Positions 24,688-37,657 of a stretch of DNA of 64,000 nucleotides are shown piece by piece. The position numbers and the translations under genes were made by a program. Every line of letters begins with the position of its first letter. Within the stretch, counting starts at the first letter, position 1. The DNA lies in assembly GCF_028641065.1 (NCBI RefSeq), contig NC_073403.1:13640001-13704000 (forward strand), written 5' to 3'. The notes beneath the pieces were generated by a model. It searched no databases. It was not told the DNA's origin and saw nothing but the letters and a program-made list of their open reading frames with translations. Source of the DNA: Leucoraja erinacea (taxonomy: Eukaryota).

Positions 24688-26076
24688 TGTCAGATGGCTG
24701 AAATGAGGGCACAGGATGAAACGGTGTAGAGGAAACCTTGACTTGCTAACTTTGCATCTGAAGCAAAGGCAGCCTTATTTTGTCCCTTGTGAACCGTTGG
24801 GAGTGGTGGGGGGCGGGGGGGGAATAAATAATTTGCTAATGGCGCATGCAATCAGCTTGTGATCTAACGTCACCGCAACTTCGGGAAATGGCCTGCAGTG
24901 GCTTTGGATTGATTGATGCGGAACTAGATCAAGAAAAATGCCATGTTTAATTTCTGATCTTGTCAGAAGCAGTGACAGAAATAGTTGTCCTATTGGTACC
25001 TACATTTTGAAATAGGGAAATTGATAATTCCCATTACACTTCACTATCCCCTGAATATAGTGCATGTCTAATCTCTAAAAAGGTGAAATCTGAGAGGTGG
25101 TCTGCCTGAGATGTATAAAACGCTGAAAGGGTTTATTAATAGGATGGATTGCAGAGATGTTTATACTTGAGAAAAAATGCAAAACCTGAGTACAAAACGT
25201 ACTGTAAATGTAAACCAAAAAATCAACAAAGGAACTCAGGTACTTTTGCTACAGAGAATGATGAGAATATAAATTCCGTGTCAATTGGTTGAACAAATGG
25301 CACAGATGCATTTAAGAATAAACTAGATTGCTATGATGGCAAAGGTTAGGAGAATATATTGATAGAATTACATACAGTCAGTTTGAAGGTGCCTTAGTGG
25401 CGGATGAACTTTGCAGATACCAAGTAAATCAATGGTCATTTTCATTATACCTTCTTTGCAAACTTATAGGCTTTTATTAAATAGCATGTGGAAGCTTTGT
25501 GTAGAGTTCAAAACAGTTGTGATTAAACAGCCTCGTTGTTTCACACGAGTTATAAGATCTATGAGGAGACATTGTGTTATGCCAAATCTTGAATCACAGT
25601 CTAAGAAGTCTTTGCTTTTACATAGCACCTTTCACGACAGACGTCCAGAAGTGTTGCAGTCAGTTGTCTTTTTGATGTGCGGAAATTGCGGTATCCAATT
25701 TGTGTGAAACAAGTTGCTTGCTGAGGGATAAATATTGATTCTAGATCACCTGCCTGTGTGCTTTGAATTTGTGCCATCCAATCTTTTGCATCTTCTTGAG
25801 AGAACAGGAGGGGTCTTGATTCTCCAAAGGTCAGTGTCCCTCAGTACTGTACTGACTGTCAGTTTGGATTATGTGTTGAATTGTCTATGGGACTTTAAAT
25901 CAATGCCTACCTCTGGAGAGAACTACCAATAAACTAAGGTGCAGCTAGATCACCCATGATCTGTTATTAAAATTGAGGCTAATAAAATGTCACTTTAAAC
26001 CAGTTTCACTATTTGCTGGGTTTGATTTGTTGTAATTTGTGTGATACATATTTTTGCCCTTGTGTTTACACGACAG

Positions 26077-26181
26077 GAAGGAGATGCAGAAGGAGAGCCG
26101 TTCGATGATGAAGAATTTGAAGGTTATGAGGAAGCAGACAGACCTTCCAGCAGAAGCAAAGATCCAATTAAAATCGTTAAT
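26077..26181 (+). CDS. CCDC47: CCDC47 coding exon 2
   Basis: [35 protein letters not shown]; cag|...|gtaagc. Confidence 0.95.
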
Positions 26182-26510
26182 GTAAGCACGCAGTATTAAT
26201 TACACTACATTTTATCATCTACTGCTTACAGCATTTGGGCATTACTCCAGGGTAGCTCAAGAGGCAAAAATGCATTTCAGTCCGGAATCGAATTTCAGGA
26301 GCTGAGGTGCTCAGGCTGGATTCCCAAGATGTCAGCTCATGTGTACTAGGACAGCATGCATGATGGCGGAAGAATAGCCAAGAATTCTCCTACTGTCCCC
26401 ACCATGCACCTTTCCCTTTTTCTTCACTGAGCGGAGTATAAGGTGCTGAGAGCCTGTGGCAGAACTTGTAGTCCAGTGCTGGTGGTAGCAGCAGGATATA
26501 TGCAGCTAGG

Positions 26511-26808
26511 CTTTAGACTTTAGAGATACAGCCTGTAAAAGGGCCCTTTGGCCCACGATGTCCGTGCCAGTCAGCGATCACCCTGTACACTAGCACTATC
26601 CTACACACTAGGGACAATTTACAGAAGCCAAATAACCTACAAACTTGTATGTCTTAGGAGTGTGGGAGGAAACAGGAGCACCCAGAGAAAACCCACGCGT
26701 TCACAGAGAACATATAAATTGTGTACAGACATAATCCGTAGTCAGGATTGAACCCAGGTCTCTGCCGTCGTAAGGCAGCAACTCTACCGCTGCGCCGATG
26801 TGCTGTCC
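26511..26808 (-). mobile_element. tRNA-derived SINE (V-SINE/HE1-like)
   Basis: Same family as 23935-24233; B box cctgggttcaatcctg on the minus strand. Confidence 0.85.
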
Positions 26809-27356
26809 ACACTGAGCTCGCAGAGGAATTTAGTGCTATGGGGCATCTTGTTCTGCATGAATCAGTTGGGCTAAAGGGCTTATTTCAAAGCTGTATGATT
26901 CTAAACAGCATTGTCCAAGGACAGCAGGCCAAGACCCACACTCCTAATGTGCAAACCGCAGAAATGACAATACTGAGCCCGAGAGCTAGGCTTCCATGAT
27001 GAGGAGAGATGTGAATACAGGGTGGAATCCCTTGGAATACGGTATTGGAGAAAGCCGTCTTTAAAAATTAACGGTTAGGTTGTTCAGAAAGTAGCAATCT
27101 GTTCATGCAAGCTTAGTTTAGAATAAACCTAAAGACTGGAGAAGGAACCCTGTCTCAAGTTCTTAGAGCCAAGGAAAGTTTGGAATTTCATGGATTCTTT
27201 CAATGCATGCTTGTGTAGTGCACAGAGAATGTAGTTACTTGAAGTGATGATGCAAATCAAGTTAGGGGCATGCTGCCATAAGGATACTGTAATTACAATG
27301 CTGGATTCTTTTAATTTTGTTGAATTAAATCATGTTTATAACTGCTTGATTTCCAG

Positions 27357-27531
27357 GTTCCTCATCATCTACAGAACAGCTGGGAGAGCTACTACCTGGA
27401 GATTCTGATGGTGACAGGCCTTTTGGCTTACATCATGAACTACATCATAGGCAAAAACAAAAACAATAGACTGGCTGCTGCTTGGTTCAACTCTCACAAG
27501 GAACTGCTGGAGGGTAACTTTTCTCTAGTTG
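27357..27531 (+). CDS. CCDC47: CCDC47 coding exon 3 (transmembrane helix)
   Basis: [58 protein letters not shown]; AG/GT boundaries in phase. Confidence 0.97.
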
Positions 27532-27695
27532 GTGAGTCCCCGATTCATTGATTATTTTGGAATGTGGTTTATTCAAAGACGGTGTCTGGGGTCTGTAACC
27601 GAGAGTGTTCTCTACCTGCATCTATGGTAGTTACATAGGTGTTATTCTTAGTCTATTACAGCAATTGTGTATGAAACTGGAAGCCATATTGACCC

Positions 27696-27776
27696 TCTGA
27701 AGAAATATCTCGACCCACATGTTCTCCAGAGATGCTGCCTGACCTGCTGAGTTACTCCAGCACTTTGTGTCCCTTT
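27696..27776 (+). mobile_element. Penelope terminal-repeat fragment
   Basis: ctgaagaa...ctcgaccc...ctccagagatgctgcctgacctgctgagttactccagcactttgtgt. Confidence 0.75.
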
Positions 27777-27908
27777 AACTACTAAACTATCTTTACTTTT
27801 CAGTGTTGGGAATTGCGCTGGAATTTATTTTGAGTTGCAGTGTATAATAGTTTATTTTCTGTTTTGCACCGTAAGATGCAGCAGCTGATGTAAGTTCTTT
27901 ATTTGCAG

Positions 27909-28030
27909 GGGATGATGGGGTTAATAAGGAACCCACCAGCACAGGGAAGCTGAACCAGGAAAATGAGCACATCTACAATCTGTGGTGCTCGGGGAGGGTA
28001 TGTTGTGAGGGAATGCTAATTCAGCTGAAG
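27909..28030 (+). CDS. CCDC47: CCDC47 coding exon 4
   Basis: (G)[40 protein letters not shown]. Confidence 0.97.
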
Positions 28031-29370
28031 GTGAGGACACTTCTTAAATTTAGCCTCAATAGGGGAGAGTTAGAAAATCTGTGAATAAACCATTGCATAT
28101 GTTATGGGTTCTGCCCAGCTTTAAATTTGTGTCATGTACAAACGGGTAAGTGGTGAAGAAAGCTGGCGGAGGGAGAGTTGTGCCCTTTACAATGTGTCAC
28201 CAAATACCCCCTGGCACACTTGGCAAAGGTTAAATGGAGTAATTGCCTTGTATTCTTCCATTAAAATGTATAAGACAAGTACAGCATGAGAGAAACTAAT
28301 TATGCACCACATTATCGCACTCCTTTGACCCCATACTCCTTTATTTCAAATAAATCATAGTTGTGACTTTCTGGTAGTTGGATTAGATATTCATGCATTG
28401 GAGTTCAATAAGAAGTTGGAGTCTGGCAATGGCAGTAATGCCTACACTGCCCTGTTGAGTTGGGACAACCAAAAAAATGTATTTGTGTTTGCCTACTTTT
28501 AATTTACTGGGCCTCTTGGATAAATCTCAAGTAGCTGCGTACCAGTATATGGCCTTAAAGTACAGGAAATCATGTGGGAAGCATGTTAAAAAAATAATGG
28601 GACGAATGCTATTTCAGTGCAAGTGTTTGAAAAAGACATGAGGCAGTTCCTTGGTATTCTGTTAAACCTGTAGCATGTTTTGAAGTTAGAACAGAACTGA
28701 GCCAGCTTAATATCTTATTCCTAAGAATGCTGCCACTCTAAAGGCAGTAATTTCTCACTGCTGACCTAAGATGATATCCCTGACATGGGAGGAAGGTTTT
28801 CATTTTATCCCTTGGGGCTGAATTCAGACAGCTGTTAAAAGAAGTCAGCTTTAGTGAAAGGATGGAATGCTAATCGGTCCACTGCTTGTCAGCATGTAGC
28901 TCTGCCAGACTACAATCAGAGTAGGATTGAGAGATTGTGAACTGCCAATTCTGTATGAAATATCAGTTTGTAATGGAGCAAAGAACTGCAAATGCTGCAG
29001 TTTGTAATAAGAACAGGGTACATTGGAGCCAGTATTTTGTCAACATTTGAAAAAAGAAACCCTTAGGTTTCAGGTAAAATCATGAGTGCTCCATTTCAAT
29101 CAACTAATGTCTGAAGGCTAATTGATAAAGTGAAAATGTGTGCTGCAAAAAGTTGAATAAATTGGGAATCAGATTACACAGGCCACTTCCTAAGGATTCC
29201 AGTTGTAAGGATGTTTGTGATGTTTGCCTTGAAAGCAATTGCATCTCATTGTTAAAGTAGTACTAATCCCCATTTTCAAATTGTGCAAGGAACAAATGTG
29301 GGGAAGATGTGTTTTTTTCCTAATGAAAATACCTTTATGTAATCTTTTGCCGTTTGGATTTTGTTTTTAG

Positions 29371-29436
29371 TTCTTGAAACGGCAGGATCTCCTGAATGTA
29401 CTTGCAAGAATGATGAGACCTGCCAGTGACCAAGTG
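29371..29436 (+). CDS. CCDC47: CCDC47 coding exon 5
   Basis: [22 protein letters not shown]; tag|...|gtaagc. Confidence 0.97.
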
Positions 29437-31853
29437 GTAAGCATAATATTAATCTTTAATAACATATTTATGGTTTCTCTATGATATAGATCAAAGCAAA
29501 GTTTTCTAGGGTCTCAAAACAGATAAGTTACTGTTGTCAGTTGCTTAGGGAAAAATTGTTAGAAAGGAATTCCATTACAGTAGCTTTTGAATCAATGCCA
29601 ACTCTTCATTCACAAAATCTTTCTCCAGATCTCCCAGAGAACAATGATTTCCAAGGCCCATTAGGCTGCATCATCCACTGATAATACTCCGCTATTTCAA
29701 CCTATTCCCCAACTATTCCAAAATCAAAATCTTGAGGGTATTTAAGTTTCACACTGATCTTTAAATTTAAGAGGATACATTGAAAAGCCTTTGGGGCGGG
29801 TGGGAGATGTGCTTAGGATCCTTATTTTTTATTAAGAGGCACGCAGTACCATTGTAGGACAGTTATGTTAAATTATAAATCATTAGCTGAACAACACAGT
29901 GTTAGATTCTGGGTAATATAGCATTCACTAGAAAATATGCCACGGTCTTAGAGAAGCAAAAGAGTTAAGAGTTATACCGAGGAGAAAGGAGCAGATAATT
30001 TGGCAGACTGGAGTTATTTTCATTAGAGTAAGTAAAACTGGACATCTGAAGAATTCAAAATCTTCCAATAATTTCAATGCAGTAAATATGGAGAGTTTTA
30101 CCTGAAGGCTGATTGCTTAAACTGTTTGGTGAATGCACCCGTAGTGGTGTGGAATATGTTATTCCATGGTGTTACACAGGCCTCAAATACCTCAATTCTA
30201 TCATTCCTCCTCCTTTCCTTAACTGACACCCTTCTGACTCGATTTCTTCTCTAGCTTACTCTGCCCATCTGCCAATCAATTCTCCTTCTCCTGTAACTAC
30301 TTATCACTTGTAAAGCTTTGCCCCGTGCCCACCTCTTCCATCTTACTCCCGTTAACTGTCGGAAGCAGGGTCCCGATTAAAATGTCATCTGTCCATTCCC
30401 TCCACAGTTGCTCCCAAACCAACAGGATTTCTCCAACACTTAGCATTTTCTCATGATTCACGCATTTGCAGTCTCTTGTGTCTACATAGAAACATTCCCT
30501 TTGGCCCACAATATCTGTGCCAACCACCATGCCTGTCTATATTAATCCCACTTTCCTGCATTAATTCCATTTCACTCTATGCCCTGCTCATTGAAGTATC
30601 TATCAAGGTACCTCATAAAAGTTGTTACAGTTTCTATTTCCGCTGGTTCATTCCAGAGTTGTGATCTGCAAGATACCGTCTGAAAGTATTCGATGATAAC
30701 CTTAAAACAAATTGTATAAATATGACCCACATCAGCATTGAATTATTTGTTTCCATGATCCAATTGAATGTCGGTGCTGGCTCGAGGGGCCGAATGGCCT
30801 ACTCCTGCACCTATTGTCTATTGTTTGGTTACATGGTTTCTTTATTTTGCACCACTGTAATGTTGCTTCTTTCTATCCCTATCATAATCACGAAAGATTA
30901 ATTGTATGACACATGTCTGGTGGGAAAGAAGAGATTACATTACATGACCAGTAATGAGTCAGGGTTAAACTAATAATCTAGGGGCCCAAATTCAAATCTT
31001 ACCACTGCCGCTGTGAAATTTAAATTCAATAAATAACCTGGAATTTGGCAAAACAACAACTCGTCTTACCAACGGCAAACATAATATCTACTAGATTCTT
31101 TTAAAACCCCACCTGGTTCACCCCACCTGGTTCACCAATATTACTCAGAAGAGGAAACCTACTGCCTTCACCTGGTCTGGCATCATTGTGACTGTACTTA
31201 TTTTGACTCTTCAGTGACTTCCACTTTAATACCATTCAATTACACCGTTTATTTTCATCAGAATTACTGCAGATGTTAAAAATGACAGCTCACTACCTCC
31301 TTAAAAGCTGTTAGAATGAGCAGTATATTACTCACTTTATCATCATTCATGATGTAATAATCGGGCCTGTCGCTTAAATTTATTCCAACATACTATAATT
31401 TCCAGATTATCTCAGGCCTTCTGCAAATGCACACCGTTATGCAAGTTAGATACCATTTTTGGAAGAACAGAAATCCATTAGTTGACTTTCCAGATATAAA
31501 GACTCTTTTTGGAATGTCTATACAGATTATTTTAGATTTCTGTGGAACATTCAGTATTTTGCGTTTTGTTAATCTCATTATATTATCTATTTTTGTCCTT
31601 GTCCAAGTTTCTGCCTTTTAAAACTCTCGAGCAAGTGCTCCATCCCGAATTATTATTCAGCATCAAAGAAATATCTTCCATTACATCCAGGCAGTCATTT
31701 GTGAAAAGTGTTTCTTCCTGAACTGTCTGATGTGATACATTAATTTTCCAACCCCACATTCTGAACTTCTCCCATCTTTTTCGCCTCAGTTTATTGTGCT
31801 CATTTTAGTCTTTCAAAAGTAGAAATTAGAGTTTGTTGTGATTCCTTCTGTAG

Positions 31854-31955
31854 CAAATCAAAGTAACCATGAATGAAGAAGATATGGACACCTATGTATT
31901 TGCCATTGGGTCACGGAAGGCCATGGTCCGAATGCAGAAGGAAATGCAGGATTTG
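31854..31955 (+). CDS. CCDC47: CCDC47 coding exon 6
   Basis: [34 protein letters not shown]. Confidence 0.97.
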
Positions 31956-32269
31956 GTATGTATTTGTACAAAGAATAATGAGCAGTGTCTGTGGCTGCTG
32001 CCACTAATGAGCAATTTGTTTACTATGGTCCATTCCCAGGCGATCAGATTCTTACTATTGCAACAACAATTGGTGTTCTATGCACAACGTAGTACACTAT
32101 TACTGACATTCGATTGATAGCTTTTAATCTTCTGATAAATAGATTTATTATCAATACAATAAGTTCTGCAGATGTGGCTCAAAGACTGATAAATTGTGTT
32201 AAGTGAATCATTGATGGTCTGAATTTGAGCAATGAATCTGATCCAGTCACCAAAGGGAAACATAAGTAG

Positions 32270-32900
32270 GCAAATTAATAGTTGTCTTTAATTGCAGGAG
32301 GTTTTTTAATACAGGAGCTAAGAGGATACCTTTAAACAATTATGCAGGGCCTTTGTGGCACAAACCTGGAATATTGGGTACATCAAAAAATTGTAGATGC
32401 TGGAAATCTGAAATAAAAACGGAAAACAATGGAAATACTCAGCAGATCAGGCTGCATCTGTGAGAAGAGAAATGGTTAACTTTCATGTCGAAGTACCTTG
32501 GTTGGAATATTGCACGCTGTTTTGGTCTTCATATCTCAGATGACATACTAAGCATAGGGAACCAAACTGCACTCACAGGGCTTTTGTATGAGGGGAGATT
32601 GGATCGATCAGACTTATATTCACTGCAGTTTAAACGAATGTGAGAAGATCTGATTGAAATGTACAACATTCTGGTGCAGCTCAACTGGCTGGATGCAAGG
32701 AGGATGTTTCATCTTGCTACAATCTCCAGGGCCGGCTTCAGAAAGCGGGATAAGTCATTGAAGACTGAGGAGAAATTACAGCACTCACAAAGTGGTGAAT
32801 CTATCTACTTTTCTAGAGAGATTAGAGTCATTGAATATGTTTAAGAAAGGGTAGATGCATTTCTATGTACAAAATATATCAAGGGAAATAGGGAGAGTGC
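32270..32900 (+). mobile_element. Old CR1 LINE fragment with an inserted Penelope-type terminal-repeat remnant (~32385-32500)
   Basis: cctggaatattg, tatgaggggagattggat, ctgattgaaatgtacaa and WLDARRMF remnants. Confidence 0.65.
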
Positions 32901-33561
32901 AAGCATGGTATTAAGATATTTTTTCTTTTCTTTTCTGACGTTTTATAAATACTATAAAATGTATATTATTGAATGGTAAAGCAGATGTGGGAGCCTTGAT
33001 CAGCACTTCTTAACATTGTAGCATAACAGGAATTGAGTAGATTCCTGTATACCTGAATGTTTTCCTTTGAATTAGAGAATGGAAATCCTTGAGCTAGCTG
33101 CCCTTCAATAGTCTCTGCCACTAAATGCAGATCTTTAGCAGGTTAATACATGCAAAGATACATGTTTGACAGGTGGAACCTGTTGCAGAGTTTTCTGTCA
33201 CACTATAACCATTGCTGGAAATAAAAATATGGACTGTCTGGCCTTTGATACTAATACTTAAATAAGGGCAGGTGGTGTGAGCATATTCCTGATTATGTGC
33301 AATCTCCAGTGTTTTTAGTGGATTGAAAGACATTTGGACAGATATATAGATAGGAAATGTTTACAGAGCTGTGGGCCAAAAGCAGGCATATGGGACGAGA
33401 CCATGCTTGGTTAGCACAGACAAGGTGGAACAAAGGGTCTGTTCCCATGCTGGATACCTCAGTAACTCTAATAACTTACTGCTGACCTTCCAATCTTTTA
33501 ACTGGAGCACTATTTCTTGCACATATGGTCACAGTTAGAATACCATCTGCTTTTTTTTCAG

Positions 33562-33672
33562 AGCGAGTTCTGCAGTGATAAGCCCAAGTCAGGGATTAAG
33601 TTTGGGCTTCCTGATTCGCTCTCTATCCTGTCTGAAATGGGTGAGGTCACAGAAGGTATTTTGGACAATAGG
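33562..33672 (+). CDS. CCDC47: CCDC47 coding exon 7
   Basis: [37 protein letters not shown]. Confidence 0.97.
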
Positions 33673-34352
33673 GTGAGTATACTGAAATGGGCAATGAGTT
33701 GAACTTGTGTAAAAACTAACAACATTTCTTATCAAACTCAGTCTTAGTTTGAGATTTGCTCCCAGAGCTCAGCTATGCATGTACACATCTATGTTCAAGT
33801 GTGTGTGAAATTATTGAATTTTCCATTGATGCTCTGCACAATGACCTGAGATAAGGATAAAACCTTTGTGACCACCTTTAGCCAGAAATGTCAATTAGAT
33901 ATTCCATCTCTCCTTTCTCCTGGGATCTCTACCGTCAGTGAAGCTAATCTTTAAAAATTGAAAAGGCTTTGCAAAGTGAGATAGGAAAAGTTCAGAGCCA
34001 GCATCCTCTTGTTAGAGTGAAAGGCAAGGCTGGTAAGATTGGGGGATCTTGGCTGATGAAGGATATTGAGGGCCTGGTCAAAAAAAAGGGGGCAAATGTT
34101 AATTATAGGCAGTTGGGGTCCATCAAGTGCCTTAAGGAAAATAGCTGATGTCGGAGTACATTTAAGATGGAAACTAGGGCAAAAATGAGCCATGGTATAT
34201 ACTTTAAAGAAAACTCAAAACATTCTCTAAGTATGTTAAAAGAAAAAAATTAACTACGGAGATAGTAGGTCCCTTAAAGATTCAATGTGGTAACCTTTTT
34301 TGATGCCCCATGCTGTGTAATTCTATGACACGCCTTTTCTTTCTAAACCTAG

Positions 34353-34438
34353 ATGGTGCACTTCCTTTCAAATCACGCCGATAAGATAGAGTCTGTTCAT
34401 TTCTCGGACCAGTTTTCTGGGGTGAAAATTATGCAAGA
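34353..34438 (+). CDS. CCDC47: CCDC47 coding exon 8
   Basis: MVHFLSNHADKIESVHFSDQFSGVKIMQ(E). Confidence 0.97.
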
Positions 34439-34624
34439 GTAAGTGTCAATAAGATCTGCATGACAAATTGTGTTTTAACGTTTTGTAATGATGAATTATT
34501 GCCATTGGGAATCCTGCTTCAGTAAAGATTGTTTTTTTAAGAATTTTCATTGAAACACTTTTCTGGGTTAGAATTTGTAGTTTATTTTTGGCCTGGAGTG
34601 GAAAAAGATTGTGGATATTATAGC

Positions 34625-35240
34625 AAAAAGTAAACTGATTGAACTCAGTGGGGCAGGCAGCATCTACAGAGAGGAATGATGGTTGACTTTTTGGGTTGGC
34701 ACCCTTCATTCAGATTAAAGGAGTCTAAACTTTAGAGGAGTTTTTGAAGAGGGGATATATACAAAGTATGAAGGGGCGAGGGTGAGAGCTGGCAAGCGAT
34801 AGCTTGATCCAGGTGCAAGGGGAATGAATGACAACTGTTTTCAGATGGGGAGGGAACGGCGAAGATAGTGACAGAGGCTGGGATGTGATAGGTAGAGACA
34901 ACTGGCTTCATGTGGTGGAAACTGATAAAGGACAAGTAGAACCAAATAAGAGAGGGATGACAGGCTGATGGGAGCAGTGGGTGAGAGTATAGGGTACCCA
35001 ATGGGAGGATCTGCCGATCAATCTCTCCTCACTTGATCCGTCTGTCATGTGCTACCATTTGCCCCACTCCTCTCTTAATATTGGCAATCTTGCCTGTCTC
35101 CCCTCTACTCTTCAGTCCCGATGAAGACTCCCAACCAGAAGTGCCATTTGTCCATTTTCCTGCACTCATGCACACTTGAGTTCTTCTACCAATGTATTTT
35201 TCGCTCCTGATTCCAGCATCTGCAGTTTCTTGTGTCTACA
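34625..35240. mobile_element. Old inverted pair of Penelope-like 3'/terminal-repeat fragments
   Basis: Minus arm aactcagtgggcaggcagcatc...cccttcattcag (34640-34713) and plus arm ending ccagcatctgcagtttcttgtgtct (~35237). Confidence 0.6.
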
Positions 35241-35536
35241 TTTTTTATATTGGGGCCATGGAAGTGAGATTCATTTGGAGCCCAGGATTAATAGTTTTTC
35301 CAGCCTGTGGGTCTGGAAATATCTGGCAAACTGTCAGAACACACATTTGCAAAGCTGCCCACCATGATCTCTGCATCTCTTTATGAGCATTTTTGGCCTA
35401 TGAATATTTTGCCTCTTGCCTCTTCCTCGTAGAATTATTGGTGTCAGTAACTTCTTGGTTTAACAATGTATTAGTCCCTACATGATGTCGATGATGGCAT
35501 CCCAGCATAATTTGTTGCTATGGGTACGGGTCATCC

Positions 35537-35668
35537 TCTTCATGCGTATGACGTGTACAGCCTAAAGTTGTAGATACCAAAACACTACATCTAAATGTTT
35601 GTGCACATCGGGTTGATTGCATTCGTCGAAACAGGGTGGACCAAGAGACGGTTGCAATTTCCCACCCC
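35537..35668 (-). mobile_element. Short retroposon with 5' HDV/CPEB3-like ribozyme fold, copy 2
   Basis: Aligns end to end with 24551-24687 (gcgtatg-cgtg-acagccta-agttgtag...gtgcac-tcgggttgattgcatt-gtcgaaacagggtggacca). Confidence 0.8.
35615..35668 (-). ncRNA. Putative HDV-like self-cleaving ribozyme
   Basis: GGGGTGG GA AATTGCA ACC GTCTCTT GGT CCACCCT GT TTCGA CGAA TGCAATC: 7-bp P1 with G1-U wobble, 6-bp P2, 3-bp P3, CGAA J4/2; L3 diverged. Confidence 0.7.
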
Positions 35669-35844
35669 GAGGCCACAGTGCACAGTTCATGCTCATCACA
35701 TAGTTACAGAGGTCTCTGATACATCCTCTATCTCTGAAATAGACTGATTAGTGGTACAAACATGGTGGAAAAAATACCTAGGTTCCGAATGACTCTAGGT
35801 GAGTGTGTGTGTGTCAGACAAGTGCAGCATTGGGCTTGGCTGTA

Positions 35845-36302
35845 ATAGATATAGATAGATATAGATAGATAGATATGCCATTTATTGTCACTATACATGT
35901 ACAGTGAAACTGAAAGCTGCTCGTACTCAGTGCGTACATACAATTTAGCACAAAAAACAAGAAACAGAAAAAACAAAAAACAGAAGGGAGATGGGGGTTG
36001 GAATAGGTGCACAATTTCTGCGGCGCTACATACATATATACATATATACAGATGGAAGTCCGTGTTGGGCGGTGTAGTCAGTGCATGTGTGAATTTGAAT
36101 TTATAGTAGTTATAATTCTCGGAAAGCAACTATTCCTGAGTCTATTTGTCCTGGATTTGATGCACCTATAGCGCCTTCCAGAGGGCAGCAGGTCGAACAG
36201 TCCAAACGCAGAATGGGAGCTGTCTTTGATGATCTTCTTTGCCCTGCTAAGGCAGCGGGAGGTGTAGATGTCCATCAGGGAGGGGAGAGGGCAGCCAATG
36301 AT
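35845..36302 (-). mobile_element. Rex1/Babar-type LINE 3' end
   Basis: IIGCPLPSLMDIYTSRCLSRAKKIIKDSSHSAFGLFDLLPSGRRYRCIKSRTNRLRNSCFP, then AATAAA and a (TATC)n tail. Confidence 0.85.
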
Positions 36303-36675
36303 CTTTATCTGGAGATATGAAGTACATGAGTATGCTGTTTGTCTGAAATCTGCAAGGAAACATACACTCCTTTGCGAACAATAAGATGGAATAAACTTCC
36401 TCTGACTAACCTCTAACAAAAGTGGAATATTAAACCCATGCTGGAGCACTTCCAGTGGTGGCCTCTGAAAATGTTCCTTGAACCAGCTGGTTTCTTCCAG
36501 GTTTTGGGATGGAAGGCGTAATGAGGAGGTGGTGGATTTCAAGTGGGCCAAGTTAAAACATTTGTTTTAATAGTCATTTTTTAATTCTTTGTCAGTGCAT
36601 AATAATTGCAATGCTTAATTTGTTGACTGCCTGAAGTCAAAATTGGTTGAATTTCTCTTTTCTTTTTTTATTCAG

Positions 36676-36734
36676 AGAGGGTCAACCCCTCAAGCTGCCT
36701 GACACTAAAAAGACACTACTGTTTACATTTAATG
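36676..36734 (+). CDS. CCDC47: CCDC47 coding exon 9
   Basis: EGQPLKLPDTKKTLLFTFN; phases match neighbours. Confidence 0.97.
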
Positions 36735-37547
36735 GTAAGTGGGGTAATTTTTATTGCCATTGATTCACATAGCTGGGAGCGAGCCTCCATGCTCCCCTGG
36801 ATCGGGAGATGTTATGCATGCTCGGTGAGTAGTGTGCTTCCATGCCACTGTCAACACAGATATGTTGCCTGTGACTGACTTGGATCAGCTGAATTTTAGG
36901 GTGTTACAGACTCTGAAGATGGCCATCCTGTAAATACAGACAGTAGTATAAAGAACTGAGATGTCAGGCCCTTGAGAAGCAGCCAGTGTCATTTCATTGA
37001 GAGCTGGTACAGAGACAGCACAGGAGCTGGCCCAAGATTTGCATGTAAAACCCTTAAACAGCCCAGATGTGATCCCCACAGTTGCTATAGCCTTTAACTG
37101 GTCAAATGTCCCATCGACCTCTGGACCTCTCTGCACAGCCTTCCTGTGAAGCAGAGTAGTCCATGAGGGACTTTCCTTTGTGTAGCTGACCCAGCAGTCC
37201 TGTTGCTGCACTCCCTTGATGGGTGTTAAGAGTTCACACAAAGGCATTTTTAACTGTTTCTAGATTTAAAATAACATTTTCAAATGGACTGATTGGATTT
37301 AAAAATACTACGTTTAGTTTAAATGGTGATTTAACAAAAGCTTTAATATTCAGAAAAATAAAGAAAGCATCTTCACTTTATGAACTGCTGGCAAAAATTA
37401 CACTTCAGCCAGTGATTTAGAAGAATGTGGAAAAAATCCGTTGGCCCTGTCCTGAGATTAAATTTGACCAGTTTTCTCGTCTTATTTTTGTATATGTAAC
37501 ATAATTTATTGTGATTGAGCTTGGATTGTGTATCTGTTTCCCCGCAG

Positions 37548-37657
37548 TGCCTGGAATCGGCAACACTTATCCAAAGGACATGGAGTCCTTGCTACCATTA
37601 ATGAATATGGTTATTTACAGCATTGACAAAGCAAAGAAGTATCGTCTCAACAGAGAG
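37548..37657 (+). CDS. CCDC47: CCDC47 coding exon 10
   Basis: (V)[36 protein letters not shown]. Confidence 0.97.

Noticed and set aside
31107-31136. ccccacctggttca tandem duplication
   Set aside because: Ordinary 14-bp slippage duplication in an old repeat remnant.
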